NCBI GenBank assembly: GCA_001949185.1 | Contig: BDGG01000006.1 | Location: 2,400,827-2,464,826, forward strand | From: Ramazzottius varieornatus | Lineage: Eukaryota; Animalia; Tardigrada | Reading direction: 5' to 3' | DNA length: 64,000 bases | Shown here: positions 51,005-64,000 of the stretch, in pieces | Numbering within the stretch: position 1 is the stretch's first letter | How the letters are laid out: each line of letters starts with the position of its first letter | Position numbers and translations under genes: made by a program | The notes under the pieces: model-generated | Database searches by the model: none | What the model was told of the DNA's origin: nothing | The model's input: only the letters and a program-made list of their open reading frames with translations

Positions 51005-54000
51005 TAGAGCTGTTAGAAACCAGACCAGACCACTTGGAAAGTGGTTTATATGGTTTATGTGGTTCGTGGTTTAACATCCAACCCGAACCACCTCAAACCA
51101 TATGGCATCTCAAACCAAACTACTCAAACCGGTTTCGATCACGCGCCAAACCATATAAACCAGTGGTTTATGTGGTTTAATATGGTTTGGGGTATGGGGC
51201 AGACTTCGTACGAAATCTGCGGATTCCGTGCCAGAACTCGAGCCGAAATTGGCCATCTGGCCGTGCCAATCCTTTTCCACCCATTGCCACCGTGCGCAGC
51301 CGCATCGTTCTGATGAGCTATGACTCGTGATGCATAGCTTTAACTGGGTGCGCACTGTGTTTTAAGCTGCGCGACTTGAGAACTACGCCTTTCGTAGGCA
51401 CAAATCACAATTCCGACAGTGCTGGACAGCATTGCTGGTGGAAAAAGGATTGTACTACCGCCTTGCTCGCCACGGTGCCTTTACAATTCCGGCACCTGCC
51501 GGTTTTGCCTGTTTGCGTGTGTTCGTAGAGAAACCAGCAACTGTGGCTCAGTTTCTTGTCCTCGGTGGTTATTTTAGTTGGTTAGTCAAGTGAAGAAAAC
51601 TGTGGCACAATTTACTGGTGATCGAAAAGTTGTTCGCAAACCGGTTCAAACCGGCGGTTTATGTGGTTTGGTTTGAATGGTCTGGTTTAAAATTCAGACC
51701 AAACCACTTTTGGTGGTGCCGGAGAAACCAGTGTAGAGCACGGAATCTGGCCGCATGCGCTGCACTGCAGCACAGCTACCGCGTGGCTGTGCCGGAAGAG
51801 GGCGCAGCGCAGCACAGCATGCAGCGAGACCGAGATGACTGCCGCACAGCAGTACATTTGCTAAAAAGACCGAATTCTCTGGATTCGACGTGCGACTCTT
51901 CTGCGTCGCCACTGTGTCAATCACAGCTCTTTCGAGCAGGACGACAGAACTGCTGACTGGTAGCCTTGCATTTCGTGCAGGCCACGTCTGAAACAACTTC
52001 GTGTGCCAACCGTAACCGAACGGAAATATGTGGATAAGCACGACGTTTAACTTCTTCGTTTGTTATTCACGGCTAACACCTTTGGACACCCAGGAGCTCG
52101 GATTAACACAGTGCTGCAATGAGAAACTCGAATATTGTTGCAGAAAGATGTCTGGGAGGAAGTGAGCAAGTTGGTGAAAGATGATATATTCGTCTTGCGA
52201 GCGGAAATTTTGGAAAGTCGGAAACCAGCAGCCTTTGGGTCGACCATGAGGCGTCTTGTCGATAAAGATTCGGGTGACAGGCTCGACTTTGTTTGCTGCA
52301 GTAAGTGCAGGGTAGTGTGGAAGCATGACCGAAGCACCAACACCGATCCGTTGAACCGCCATGTCCAGAAGTGCGGTGTAAAGATAGTCAGCCAAGAGTA
52401 ACGGGTTTCCTGGAAACGCACAAGCTTCCTTTGGTAGCCAAACAAGAAGTCTCCAAGGTGTGTTCGATTTTGTGCTGTAGACGGAAGAAGCTTTAAAGAA
52501 GTGAGTGGCAAAGGATTTAGAGCCCTGATTGACACCGTGATCGATGTTACAATGAAGTACGGCCATGCTGGCAGACCTTCGGTCAAAGATATGCTTCCTG
52601 ATCCGACGACAATCAGCAACTACGTTGGGAGCGAAGCGAGAAAAATCCGTGAGTCTCTGCTGGAAGAAATTAGACCTATACTGCGGATGAACGGTGGCGG
52701 TATAACTCTTGATTTTCGGGAGGAAGAATACACCAAAGTATCTTAGTAAGGTAAACAAATCTCTGCAGTTCAAATGGTGTAATGCGCTGTTTTACTGGCG
52801 TCTATAAAATTAATTGTTTTGATTGTAGGGTGTACAGTTCACCACATGTACGGGAATTCGGAGCTTCGAGAAAGGTTGCTGTTGTGCAGTGAATGGGACA
52901 GTGTCGACAGGAAAACGGGCCCGGCAGTACAGAAGTTTGTCTTCAGGAAGTTGCGAGAAATTGGGCTGGAGGAAGACCTGAAGCTTTGCACATTAGTCAC
53001 GGATCAAGGCGGCAACATCAAGGTTGCTTTCCGCGACTCTGACTTTGAACATATAAACTGCGCAGGCCATCTTCTCAACACGTGCTTGCAAGCCTGCTTC
53101 AAGACCAAAGCGAAATCTCAGTATCCGATGCCCGCGGAAGCTGTGCCAACACTCACGTTGATAAACCAACTCAAGGCTTTGGTGACGCATTGCAAGCAAG
53201 GAGGTATCAGTCGTCAGCTTGGAACAACGCTGAAGCAGCAGTGTGATACTCGGGGGCTTGTGACTTATTAGAGATCCGATCCTATTATTCAGCTATGTGG
53301 AATAATACTGTGCGTACGGAGTAATACTGTGTTTTCTTTATTAGCTGGAATACCCACGTCGAGATGCTGGCTTCAGTCCTAGCTACCTACGACGAGCTGA
53401 AAGTGATCTTGGCAAACCGAAACGAATTACAGCTACTTCCAACCAGCAGCCAACGAATTCAGGAGATTCATGACTTGTTCGAGCCCGTAAGAGATATTAC
53501 GGTTTAACTCTCCGCTTCGAAGACTCCTACGCTGCATCTGGTCGCTCCGGCTTACATGGAGATTATCCGCCATTTCAAAGAGTATGCCCCTTCCGATTTT
53601 GCCGACATCAGAACTCTTCAGAAACACGCAGAAAATGTTTTCACTAAGAAACTTCAGATTGATGAAATTCGCAAGAGGGCTGTCTTTCTGGACCCGTCCA
53701 TGAAGCACCTCAACTTCCTGAAAGCGGACGAACGTGTGGCTGTACTCACGCGCGTCATGGCTGAGGTGCAGAAGGTCTCAATGCCGGAAAAGATCGGAGC
53801 TCCTACAGCAGAAGGTGAAAGCAACTTGTTCTATTTTTGTAACATCAACTGATATGTCCCCCAAATATACCAGAATTGTCAGTTAATTACTAGAGCGGTA
53901 ATCTTACAAAACTTTATTTGAAAAAAGAGAGTTTGAGCCGTATCAGTGTGATTACAAACACAGTATAGAGAGCTTCCACCTTCCAGCTGTCAACGTCGCA

Positions 54001-54387
54001 GCCAAAAAGCCACCAAAGTTCAACCTGAAAGCCATGGCGACGTACTCTACGGACAGGCCCATAGAAAATGAAGTGGAGAAGTATCTCAGGCTACCTAGTC
54101 CTCCGGAGGATCAAGATGTTTGGAGTTTCTGGATCGAAAAGCAGAAGGATCTTCCCCGAATGAGTAGCTATGCACTACGTTGTCTTTCTGTACCTGGTAC
54201 CAGTACTCCTTCCGAGCGTCTTTTCAGTAGATCTGGAACTGCAGTTGACGAAAAGCGAACGTCGTTAGATCGCCAAACCCTAAGTGATCTTATGGTTATT
54301 CAGTCTAATTACGAGTGCAGTGCAGCGCATGCGGCCAGATTCCGTGCTCTAAACCAAACCATATGGTTCAAACCATTAGCAGCTCTA
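51005..54387. mobile_element. Non-autonomous hAT element (AAACCA-rich) hosting a nested transposase-coding hAT
   Basis: TIRs TAGAGCTGTTA/TAGCAGCTCTA; perfect TSD TCTGTCGG (50997-51004, 54388-54395). Confidence 0.9.
51734..54351 (+). mobile_element. Hermes/hobo-like hAT element with defective transposase (~52120-54320)
   Basis: 36-bp perfect TIR TAGAGCACGGAATCTGGCCGCATGCGCTGCACTGCA. BED finger CSKC..NRH..C; VSGKGF, ITLDF, LVTDQGGNI, CAGH, CDTR/WNT, FLDP, STPSERLFS. Premature stops present; flanks match only 5/8. Confidence 0.9.
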
Positions 54388-54647
54388 TCTGTCGGACTCT
54401 GCTTAGATCGCGACAATCTCGATGCCTGCGGCACCGACGAGCATCGAGTCAGCTACACTGCCAGGTACATGTGCACTTGCCTTAAACTATCAATATATAT
54501 GTCAGTAAGCTTTGGCCTGTAATTTGGTGATATACAATCGGCTCTTTCAGTATTAGGTGTCGGCAGGCTTGGTTATTTGAATCGGTTCATTCCGGGATTG
54601 GATGATTTGGTGATTAAAATCACGTAATATTCGGAATTCAAGCGTGA

Positions 54648-56030
54648 GTGTACCAAAGTTCCAATCTACGCAAAACCTTGATTATCGGGGTGTCTTCTTT
54701 GTCGAGTAAATTGGCGATCTTTCTGTTTCTATTTGTCACCGCTCTTTATTCCGTTCGACTTATACTGTTCTACGGTACAATCCCTTCTGAAAGAAAGCGT
54801 CTCATCAGTGATCTAGAAGAATGGGAGGTCAGACGGAAACTCATGAAGCTGAACCTAGACCTTGCCGAAGCGGAGGAGGAGAAGGATGGAGCAGACATCG
54901 CGACCGTGCTGCTACAACTTATTTGCGCCACTCGATATCTCCACCGACCCGAAGTCCTCAAGAGCACCCACTTTGTCCAGTATGTACTACCATTACTTGA
55001 TGACGAACGCTTCAAACAAGGAGTCAGGATGTCCCGAGACGTGTTCGAGAGGATTCTGGGAAGAATCAGCGACCACAACGTGTTTCATCAGCATAGAAAA
55101 ACACCTCAAGCTGACCCACGACTGCAACTTATGATCACCGCTTACTGTTTCGGAAGCTCGGGGAGCTCTGCGTTGCTGGGAAAGATAGCTAGGCGCTTCG
55201 GTGTTTCAGAGGGATTCGTTGGTCTATGTACTTCCAGGTGCATTGAAGCTTTACTGTCGTTATAGACAAGCGAGGTGACCTGGCCGAACAAAAACGAAAG
55301 GACCTCCATCAAAGTAAGTACATTTATCGTTTCACAATTCTGAAATTTTTTATTCCTACTCATGATTTTTTTCTGCAACAGGCACGTGTTTTGGCTGATT
55401 CGGGATTTCCTGACTGTGTCGGAATGCTGGACGGCACGCTGATTCCACAGGAGTACAAGCCGAAGAAAGACGAAGACTACTGGAGCCATAAGAGCCGTTA
55501 TGGAATATCGGGTATGATTGTTTGTGACGATAAACGTAAGATCCGTTACGTTTTCGTTGGATTCTGCGGCTCGGTTCATGACATGAGGGTCTACAGTAAC
55601 GCTCGTCTGGCAAGTTTGACTTCGAAGCTCTTCACAACTGGCGAGTACCTGCTGGCTGATAGCGCCTACACCACGTCGGCCGTTACCGTCTCATCATACA
55701 AGAGACCTTCCTCACTGGTGGAAGATAATGAGCAATTCAATTTTTACCTTGCGTCCATACGAATTCGAGTTAAGCATGCCATAGGAATACCGAAAGGTCA
55801 TTTCCCTTCTCTACAGTCTCTCAGAATCAAAATTTTCGACAAAGAAACCCATGAAAGAGCTGTCAGGTGGATCAAAGCTTGCGTTGTGCTGCATAATATG
55901 TTACTCAAAGACAGCTATTTTGACAGCAGCTGGACAAAATATCGAGAGCGTATCACATCAGACTCGCCGCAAGAGTGTGCAACAGTCGATGGGAAAAGTT
56001 TCGAGACAGCGTAAAGGAAAGAGTCTTAAA
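54648..56030 (+). pseudogene. Harbinger/PIF (HARBI1-like) transposase, with an in-frame stop at ~55263
   Basis: FKQGVRMSRDVFERI, IARRFGVSEG, GFPDCVGMLDGTLIP, GSVHDMRVY, YLLADSAY, ACVVLHN; one intron at ~55315-55381. Confidence 0.88.
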
Positions 56031-56032
56031 CA

Positions 56033-57034
56033 TCAGAAGGCAGAGATAGGTTTCTTCTCTTCCAGCATCAGTCTCTTCTCCGAAAGAGCCAGCTGATCCT
56101 TTGCCCCAATCTGTAAAGCTTCGGCAATACTAATCGGTTTCTGATGTTCTGTGTCGGGATTTCCTGTCGTCTTCCGCTCGATAGAACGCACAGCTGACTT
56201 TGCGGTAGTAAATTGAAACCTCATGGCATGGCAAATCATCATGTATCTGCTCAAGTCGACTTCCGGTGGCACAGTGTCGTTATAAACTACTGGGCCACTT
56301 TCGTTACTTTCCTGTTCGTCTGAGCCTGCCTCCTCATCCATTGCTCCTAAACTGTCCGACGCGTGCGGCGGAACCATTGATGCCCGATCGGAACAGACTG
56401 GATTTAGTCTATCCCAATAGGGACAGTGATTGAGCACGATACCTGCAAAAGCAATAAAATTATCCAAGTGCAATGAGGTTGCGTAGAACGTAATCAATTG
56501 GACATATAAAAGCATTAAAGCAGAGCCGACGTCATCAACCGCGCAACTTGACGTGGGTAGGGATTTTACCTCGAGTTGTAGCATCGACCATCTTTTCCTC
56601 AGTAGGTCTCTCAGGATCAGGGTTATGACAGCCGGAGCCAGTGCCACCTAAGAAGACCAGGGCGGCTTTGTATCCCCTCTCCAAGTTAACGATTTTGTTA
56701 ACATCGAGCAGTCCCGCTGAACACCATGCTCAGCCAGGTAAACTGATATCTTGCGGAAGACCGCGGCCTTTGTCGTTTCTGTAGTCTTGAGCTTTCCCCT
56801 CAGGTTATTCTTCTTCCCGGCGCCTTTGTACAGCGCGTAGTTAGCAGGATCTTCAAGCCATTCAATAAGCTGTCCTTCCTGCTCAGTCGACCATAGTCCG
56901 TAAGTGCGAGGTTCGTGAGAATCAACTCCAGCTGAGGTTTGCGATGGTAAGTCGGCAGTAAGTTGTTGGCGGGACTTCTTGGGTACTGGCTGGCTCGTCT
57001 CAGGTGCGGTAGGGATTTTCTTGCGTCGCCCCAT
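56033..57034 (-). pseudogene. Harbinger second ORF (Myb/SANT-like), broken
   Basis: MGRRKK start; WSTEQEGQLIEWLEDPANY is a Myb/SANT-like Trp pattern; CPYWDRLNPVCSDRASM. Convergent with the transposase; contains stops and frameshifts. Confidence 0.75.
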
Positions 57035-57399
57035 AGTCAGCAAGTTTACAGGGTATCCTGAGTACTAAATCTGTACAGATTCCAGCGGAACAGAGACTAC
57101 AGATCAGTTGGAGAACAGCAGAAGAGAACCAGACGTAAAAACGAGGAAAGCCATAAGTGTAATTAGTGTAATAGAGAGTAGAAAAAGTATGTAAAGCAAG
57201 TGTGCAAGAGACAAACGGATTTAAAATCTCAATAAAAGCTGCTCGAGGGCAGCTTTTTCCGGAGTTTAAATTAAAACCTCCGATCTGTAAAATCACAGAA
57301 ACAACCAAAAAATCAATCAAGCCTGTCGACACCTATTGTAGATTCCAAACCTAACCAAAAGATCGCAGGGTGCTCTGCAGAATGCGCCGAGTACGTCTT

Positions 57400-58083
57400 T
57401 CACAGTTTCACAGAGGGAAACCTGCAATCAGCAGAGCACTTTCGCAGTTCATCAGGCATTCCGATATCTGGGGTCCGAATCCAACTCTCGTATTGTCTGA
57501 TGACATCCTGAAAATTCGAGCAGAGATCCGGGTAACGTTGATGCCACCAGATGGTCGGAAGCGAAAAGACACAAGCGATAACGCATTGGAGGTTTTTCGG
57601 AAGAGATCGCGTTCGATGTACGATTCTGAAGTTGGCCGCGATTTCGTCCTGGTTTCTTCTGATGGGGTGGAGCGGCGTGTCCATCAAGCGATTCTGAACA
57701 GTAGTTCTCCGGTGTTTAGTCGAATGCTCAAGTCCAACATGAAAGAATGCAAGACAGGTCGGTGCGAAATTGAGAATGTTAGTGGGAACACTGTGGATCT
57801 TTTGCTGCGCTGCATGTACTACGGGTCATTGAAAATTCCCCTCGCCTAAGCGAAAGATGTACTACAAGCGGCAGAGAAGTACGAGATGAATGATTTAAAA
57901 GAGCATTGCGAAGATATTCTGATCAGCAATATGGATAACATCGGAGAAGGCTGCTCTTCGCTGATAAGATGTGCGCGGAAAACCTGCAGAGCGCCGCTAT
58001 GGGATACCTGGCGGCTGTTCTGCTACGTAACCCCGCCCCTTTCCCTCTTTTCTATGGCTCGGAGTCTTTTGTCCGTGCTGTGA
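57400..58083 (+). pseudogene. SPOP-like (MATH remnant plus BTB) pseudogene, 5'-truncated
   Basis: LSDDILKIRAEI (MATH end), DFVLVSSDG..VHQAIL..SSPVFSRML..NMKE..LLRCMY. An in-frame TAA at 57847-57849 is followed by LQAAEKYEMNDLKEHCE. Confidence 0.8.
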
Positions 58084-58404
58084 CTGGATGAATGATCTGA
58101 GGCCCGCCCTTTTGTTTACGTTTACTTGTACGTCGATACAGCTTGCAGGCTGATTGGGGGCAGTATGAATTTACGGATTCTTGGCGTGTTGTGCACCAGG
58201 TTTGATTGGGAATTACTTGATTGGTTTGGAATCAGGAAGTCGGAAGTCCCGAACTCGGGCATTCAGGGAAGCAGGGTCCTAAAGTCGGAAGCTTTACTTG
58301 GTTGAGTATCGCGAGAAGATAGAGATTCTGTGACTTTGCGTGTCTGGGAACGAGAGTCGGCTGGGTAACCGGGTGGCTTGCCATCGTTTTCGTATCTTAT
58401 TACG

Positions 58405-58577
58405 CACAGCGCACGACAAAATTAACCGTTAAAAATGGGCGTAACATTCCAGCTGGAGCTTACTTACCCCTCAGCCAATGAGAATTAGATTTTGCTGTTT
58501 GCGCAAATTTCATTGGATTTGGCCATCTGGCTCCATCCAACACCCATTTTTAACGGTTTATTTTGTCGTAAACTGTA
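58405..58577. mobile_element. Small MITE with ~38-bp TIRs
   Basis: cacagcgcacgacaaaattaaccgttaaaaatgggcgt pairs with acacccatttttaacggtttattttgtcgtaaactgta. Confidence 0.75.
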
Positions 58578-58689
58578 CGGTTGGTCGTTTAGTGAGTCTT
58601 TGCAGGTAGATCGCGGTCTACAAGCTACGGTGTCCTGGTAGGAACGTAGCAGTTCCGAAGAAAGTCCTCAGCTCTCCACAGATGGTCAG

Positions 58690-61600
58690 TCTTCTGGACA
58701 AGTCGCATACGTACCTGACCCTTGAGATCATGGCCGCGTTGTGTAAGGTTTCCCTGCAGAGTTTCCCCGATCATTGACCGACTATAGAAGAGCTGGAGGG
58801 ATGGTTGTACTGATACGGGTACAATACTGTAGTTCCGGTCTTTCTTTGGCTTAATTTAGCGTGAAAACAGCGATAAGGATACTTTTTTTCCTGACCTTTT
58901 CATCAACTGATTTCTGGAATAACATGAAAAAAACGTACGGTTCGTAATAGAAAATTCGTACCGGTAATTACCAAATTCTTATCAAAACAGACTGTAGGCT
59001 ATACAGCGTGGGTGAACAAACCAAGGCGTATTCCCACTTAGACACCATTTTATGAAAGTGGAGTAATCTGTACAGGTCGAAGGTGAATACATTTGTGAGG
59101 ATATTAATTAAATCAATACAACAAATAAACTTTTTTAATAACACGAAACATGAAAATGAAAGCCTGCGAAATGTATTCAAAAAATTTTGGTTGGGTCTTG
59201 TTTCAAATTTTGTACAAAATTCAGAACTCCGAGACGGTAGAAAACTGAGTACGAGTCTGCTCCAGGGTGATTTTTTGATCGAAGTGCTGCGCGCGCCATC
59301 TGTCCATAGCCAGGCGAATTTTCGACAGCCAAAGAACCTACAATCGAACAACCGATCATGCCCATCTTTTGTCAAAGATTTGTCGAGAGGGATTAACGAA
59401 GAGAAATGTATGGTGGAACCTACTCGAGTAGCGTCATTAGCGGCTTGTAGCGTAGCAGCTGAAATGATTTGTTGGTAGCGAGATACGTGGAGTATCACAA
59501 AGGAGTTCTTCAGCATAGAATTTGAGGTCTCGGAGGGACTCATATCGTGGACCATTATCCGATCCAGGGGCATGGGCTGCTTGTACACAACATACTTTGT
59601 CGAGCTATCGGAATTCCATCCTTGGCTCCAGCTACCGACTAGGCTGTACGCTTCCGAAACTGTCGATCTCTGCTAATAGACCAACACAACATCTCAAATC
59701 CGAAGTCGTACTTTGGTAGACACAAATTCGATCACTTACCTTCTTCCCAAGGCTCTTCCTTTTCTTCGTCAAGAGTAACATGTCGTCAAAAAGAAAGACT
59801 TGCATCTCCACAGGTTTCCCGTTTTCTACAGAAATCCTTGTCATGCACTACTGACCGATTCTGACAGCGCACACTGGTCGGGCCTTCGGGAGATTCTCTA
59901 CGAATTGTCTATTTTACCTATCATGGATAAGGGTCCTTCCTGGATGATGATGCGTCGCGGGCTGAGAATCAAGCCTTCGCACGGCTGCTTGGCTAAATGC
60001 TGCTTGAGAACCTAATCGAAACCAGGAAGTTTGAGCCAAACTGACAGTTATTAATGGTCTAGCCAATTAGCCGACATACATCTGGAATGAATATTTTGGG
60101 GTCTTGGAGATCAATGACGGATGGCCACACGAGCTGTTTTTGGATGACTTGCAGCTTCTCAAAGTTCCGCAGCCAGTTGATCTTCTCGTCGAGCCCTCCT
60201 GTCAAAATAAACTCATTAAGCTCCATCAGTCGCAAGAGGGTTCTCCTAGCTCGAAGGTCGATTGTCTGGAACTAATTTGCCCGACATACGCTGACTTACG
60301 GAGGGACGATTCTGTTTCTTCGAGTAATGCTTTCAGCTGGGTGCAGTCGTAGCCGCACTTTTCTGAATGCTTGCAGATTTCCCTGAGGAGCAGAGGTCGC
60401 TTCATGGTATGCTGGACGGGTGTCACGAGAAGGTCGGTAAGCTGGAGACGGTGGCATCGGCGATCTTGACTGCAGTACTGTTGAAAAGCAAGGCCGTTTT
60501 ACTGGTGTCCCAGTGTTACAGGAAAATCAAAAGCTCTCCATTTAGTTCGTACCTTCTCGTATTCGTTGAAATCGTCGTGTTTCCTAACTTGCTCCAGGTA
60601 GTTCAGGGCGTTGATGTAGTGGAGGCAGTAGCGTTGAAAGGCCAAGGTTCGGTCGTCTTCCGGCTCGAACTCATAGCTCTCTGAATTCTAAAAATTAAGA
60701 ATCCCCTTCAGCTCACCATGCAGTACTTTTTCTGAAAACGAGAATGTAAACTTCACCCTTAGCCTACCCTTTGAAGCAGCTGCGCGATTTGGTCGACCGT
60801 CACAAAGTGTTCCGCCCTTTTGGCTCCTTGCTCCATCAGTTCCGCGAAGTTGATACACAGTTCGTAACTCGTCTGAAAGGCCGAGGATCATTTTCAAGAT
60901 CGGTTCTCGCGATCGAAGTAGGTTAGGATAGTTCTTCGCTAGTTCTACGTACGGAGCAGAGTTCGTCGATGTTGCCAAATAGTTTCTCGGGCGCGGCATG
61001 CATGATGAAGCCCTCAACTTGCAGTTGCTTTAATGGTTCGAGAAAGACCTGTCAACGAAGCAAGGGTAATTACGCGAACGTCGAGTGACGACAAGTGAAG
61101 TGATCCACAACAATATGATCACATGCTCATAATTGCCGGCATCATGCTTTAATCGATACTGACGGCCAACAGCGACTCAGTAACGATCACCGGAACAGAA
61201 ACTACTCACATGTTTCAGCACTAATAAATGATCCAGAAGCAGTACGAGCTCGCTCTGGAACATCTCCCAGATGGCTTCCCGCCGTTTGATTTCAGCTTCG
61301 GGTAACTCTAGTCCGTCGAGGATCGTTAGATCCGACCAGTGGAGGATCTTGTACCGCATCAACGACTCGTCATGGAACTCGCAGGTTTTCAAGGTTAGCA
61401 GTTGGTCTTCGAGGTTCATCGAGTCTGATTTGCTCCGTGAGGATCGATCAAATAATTTCATGATCGACCAAGGTTTCTTCCGGGCGGAATCGGGTCCGCT
61501 GCCACCATCGGAGTTCGGTAGGCTTGCTGTCGAACCGGCAAAATCTAGCAGAGCATACCAACGTAATATGCAATATCGCATACACTGAAGAAACCGTAGG

Positions 61601-63037
61601 AAAAAATGTAGAAACAGGAGATATTCGATAAATCGGAATTTCAATGGATGATCAACTCAGGTTCCGCGCATTTTTCAATATCAAGTAAACTGATGAACTC
61701 TACCTTGTTTTTCAAAAGAGCTGGCAGGAGATTTCGGTGGTTTCATACCCGACGAAGAGACGTTCGGAGTATTGGGATGAGTGCCATAAACGAGCAAATC
61801 CCCGGGACAGATTTGCATAGGAGGAATGACGACGACGGATGACCGTCGACGTTCGTAATTATGGACGCATAAGGGTGTTCCAGGAGTGCTGGGTACTCGG
61901 ATATCACTGTAAACACGTAAACGGCTGCATACCGGAGGGCTAGATTGCTCCATAGCTCAATCAGGTAAACGGATCATGAGATGGATAAATGGGTTCGTTA
62001 ACTGCGGGAGTTCACTCGAGTGAACCCGGAGAAAAGAGCAGGAGGCAATCTAGCTCACCTGAGATCCCCGTTGCTGGCTAGGGACGATTGGCGTGACTCG
62101 GCAAAGGTCTATAATGATACCTTTGTTAGGTTAGCCGGATTATACAGGACGAGATCCTGTAATTGTCAAGAGGCACTCTGATGGGCGTTCATCCGATCGT
62201 AACTTACGTCACCAATTGAAAATTTTATTTGCCATTCGTTTACAAATTTTTTTCATGAAGTTGTGTGTTTGTGAAATTCTTGTGTTTCCATTATATTTTA
62301 GAATTTTTTTCACTGCTTTCATGAGGTTTTCGGTCCACTTCAGCTCATGATTAAGAAAAGCGCATCAGAAAATTCTCACTTTGAAGAACTGAGGTTAGTC
62401 AAACTGATTCAAGACAATATTATGCAAAACACTGCCCATCTCCAGAATATATCAATACGAAAAGATTCTGTGAGGGTCGGGATACAGTAGACTGATATAC
62501 CAGTCTGTCCATTCGGTACCTTAATGGGTTTGTTTCTTTCCAGATTTCACGGTGTCAATATCGTCAATGGAAACTCCGAGAGTTTGTTTTGACTTACCTG
62601 CACGGGTGTCAATGCCGGTCTCCGTGACTGTAGCGAAGCGACGGAGGGTACAGGTTCAGGAGGGATCTGCGGAGCACTGCCAATTGGCGAGAGTACTTCT
62701 AATACTGTCTCGGGGACATCTATAGATTGTGTCGACTGGGAATGAGACGTGCGCTGGCGGGAGTGACTGCGATGAGCAATGGGAGGTCGGCCTGCTGTTG
62801 TGGTGCCACTGGAGATGGACGATGTGGAGGAGAAGCCATTCAGTAGCACCGGAGAACTCGAGTGCCGATCCAGTGCGGCAGGCTGTGAGGAGCTCATTGA
62901 GGGCTCTGTGGCGCATAGTTCGCGACTATGGATCACTGCTGCCGTACACGTGACCGCAGGGGCGCTGATCTGGCTGGGCAGGTTGGGAATGGTGAAGGAA
63001 CGAGACCGATCTTCACTCTTGGCCTTAGATAGACCTG
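58690..63037 (-). CDS. PLEKHG7: DH-PH Rho guanine nucleotide exchange factor, PLEKHG7-like; both ends approximate, 5' end probably further upstream
   Basis: DH: KRREAIWEMFQSELVLLLDHLLVLKH, LFGNIDEL, RYCLHYINALNYLE, CHRLQLTDLLVTPVQHTMKRPLLLREI. PH: PRRIIIQEGPL, VFLFDDMLLLTK. Ser-rich N-terminal exons. The LDHLLVLK motif suggests PLEKHG7. Confidence 0.78.
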
Positions 63038-64000
63038 TAACCAGAATACGCTTATTTTGCGGAAGCCCGGAAGTCTGCTAATTGAACCAGGAAGCCCGAA
63101 TCCCCCTAGTTCAAAGTGACGTCACTGCAGAAACAGTTGGACTATACTAGTTCTGCCGTGCGTCGCCAATACTACTTTGCTGCGCAAAGTTTCATTGAGA
63201 GCGGTCTTCGAGGATCTGTGCAGAACGTCAATTGTGATGGACGGAAGGATCATCCTGTTATCCTTCCAATTGTCTGATAAAAACCAGGAAAAAACCTGGG
63301 ACTAATACCGACGGTGTTTCGCCCTGCGTGTCTGCTGAGGTACCCTACAAGACTGATGCTATTCAGCGAAAGTTTGCACAGGTGGTGTTTTTGGGCTTTT
63401 CGCCCTTGATCTTGAAAGGTTTCTCGTAATAGCACTTTTTCAAAGCATCTGCGTGATGGAATTTTAATGTAAATTCTTCGAACAAAGGCCGTCGTAAAAA
63501 CGCTCTTTGTGATCTGGCGGCAGATTTAAACTTCCGATCAATGCAGCTGCCATGTAATACAAAGGCCCCAGATAGTGCATCACAGCATCCTAATGAGCAG
63601 AAGAGAGCTCACAATCAGACTTATTCGATCGAGCGTAGAGTCGATATGCAGATATTTACGCAATCTGCCCCTTCGCGGTCTTTTTACCATCTACGTGGAA
63701 CTTTTTATGTGGAAGCTTTCGTGCGTTTGCATAAATGGGCATTGGTAAACTGCAGGCAAATAACCCACAATATGGTCTATAGATTATCAGGCCACTGAAG
63801 CTTCCGCATATGTCGCCGTACATCTAAAATTTTGGCGGTCTTGAGACCAGAACGCCTGCTTAACTAATTGTTTACTGTAGGCTTCCTGACAAGTGAAGCC
63901 GCAAGTTGTCACTAATTCGTACCACAAATCAAGATTACACTGCCTTCAGAGTAGGAGAAGTCAAAGACCTCATCCAGATTTCGGTGACACAGTTCCTATC

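Overview
Eukaryotic (animal) genomic DNA with short GT-AG introns and one assembly gap (Ns at ~28840-28889). The gene families present (ANP-receptor-type ectodomain gene, intronless orphan GPCR, SPOP-like BTB relic) and the compact introns suggest a tardigrade, but this is inference only. Host genes: a purple acid phosphatase (ACP7-like, +), an ANP-receptor-like ectodomain gene (-), a melatonin/Tre1-type GPCR plus two GPCR pseudogenes (-), a TDRD12/Yb-like degenerate DEAD-helicase-Tudor gene (-), a strongly diverged but apparently intact RNA polymerase II second-largest-subunit (RPB2) gene (-), a BTB pseudogene (+) and part of a PLEKHG7-like RhoGEF (-). Transposons are abundant: a Penelope-like relic, a CR1/L2-type LINE, a CRE-like tip, several hAT elements and MITEs with resolvable 8-bp TSDs, and two Harbinger nuclease/Myb-like pairs. 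The main candidate for something new is the diverged RPB2. It keeps its catalytic motifs but has remodelled fork loops and an N-terminal extension. It is co-oriented with the piRNA-pathway-type TDRD12-like gene and lies only ~0.7 kb from it once a nested transposon stack is removed. This recalls plant Pol IV/V specialisation and is a hypothesis to test. Exon boundaries and similarity statements were made by eye from remembered motifs; no database search was run.
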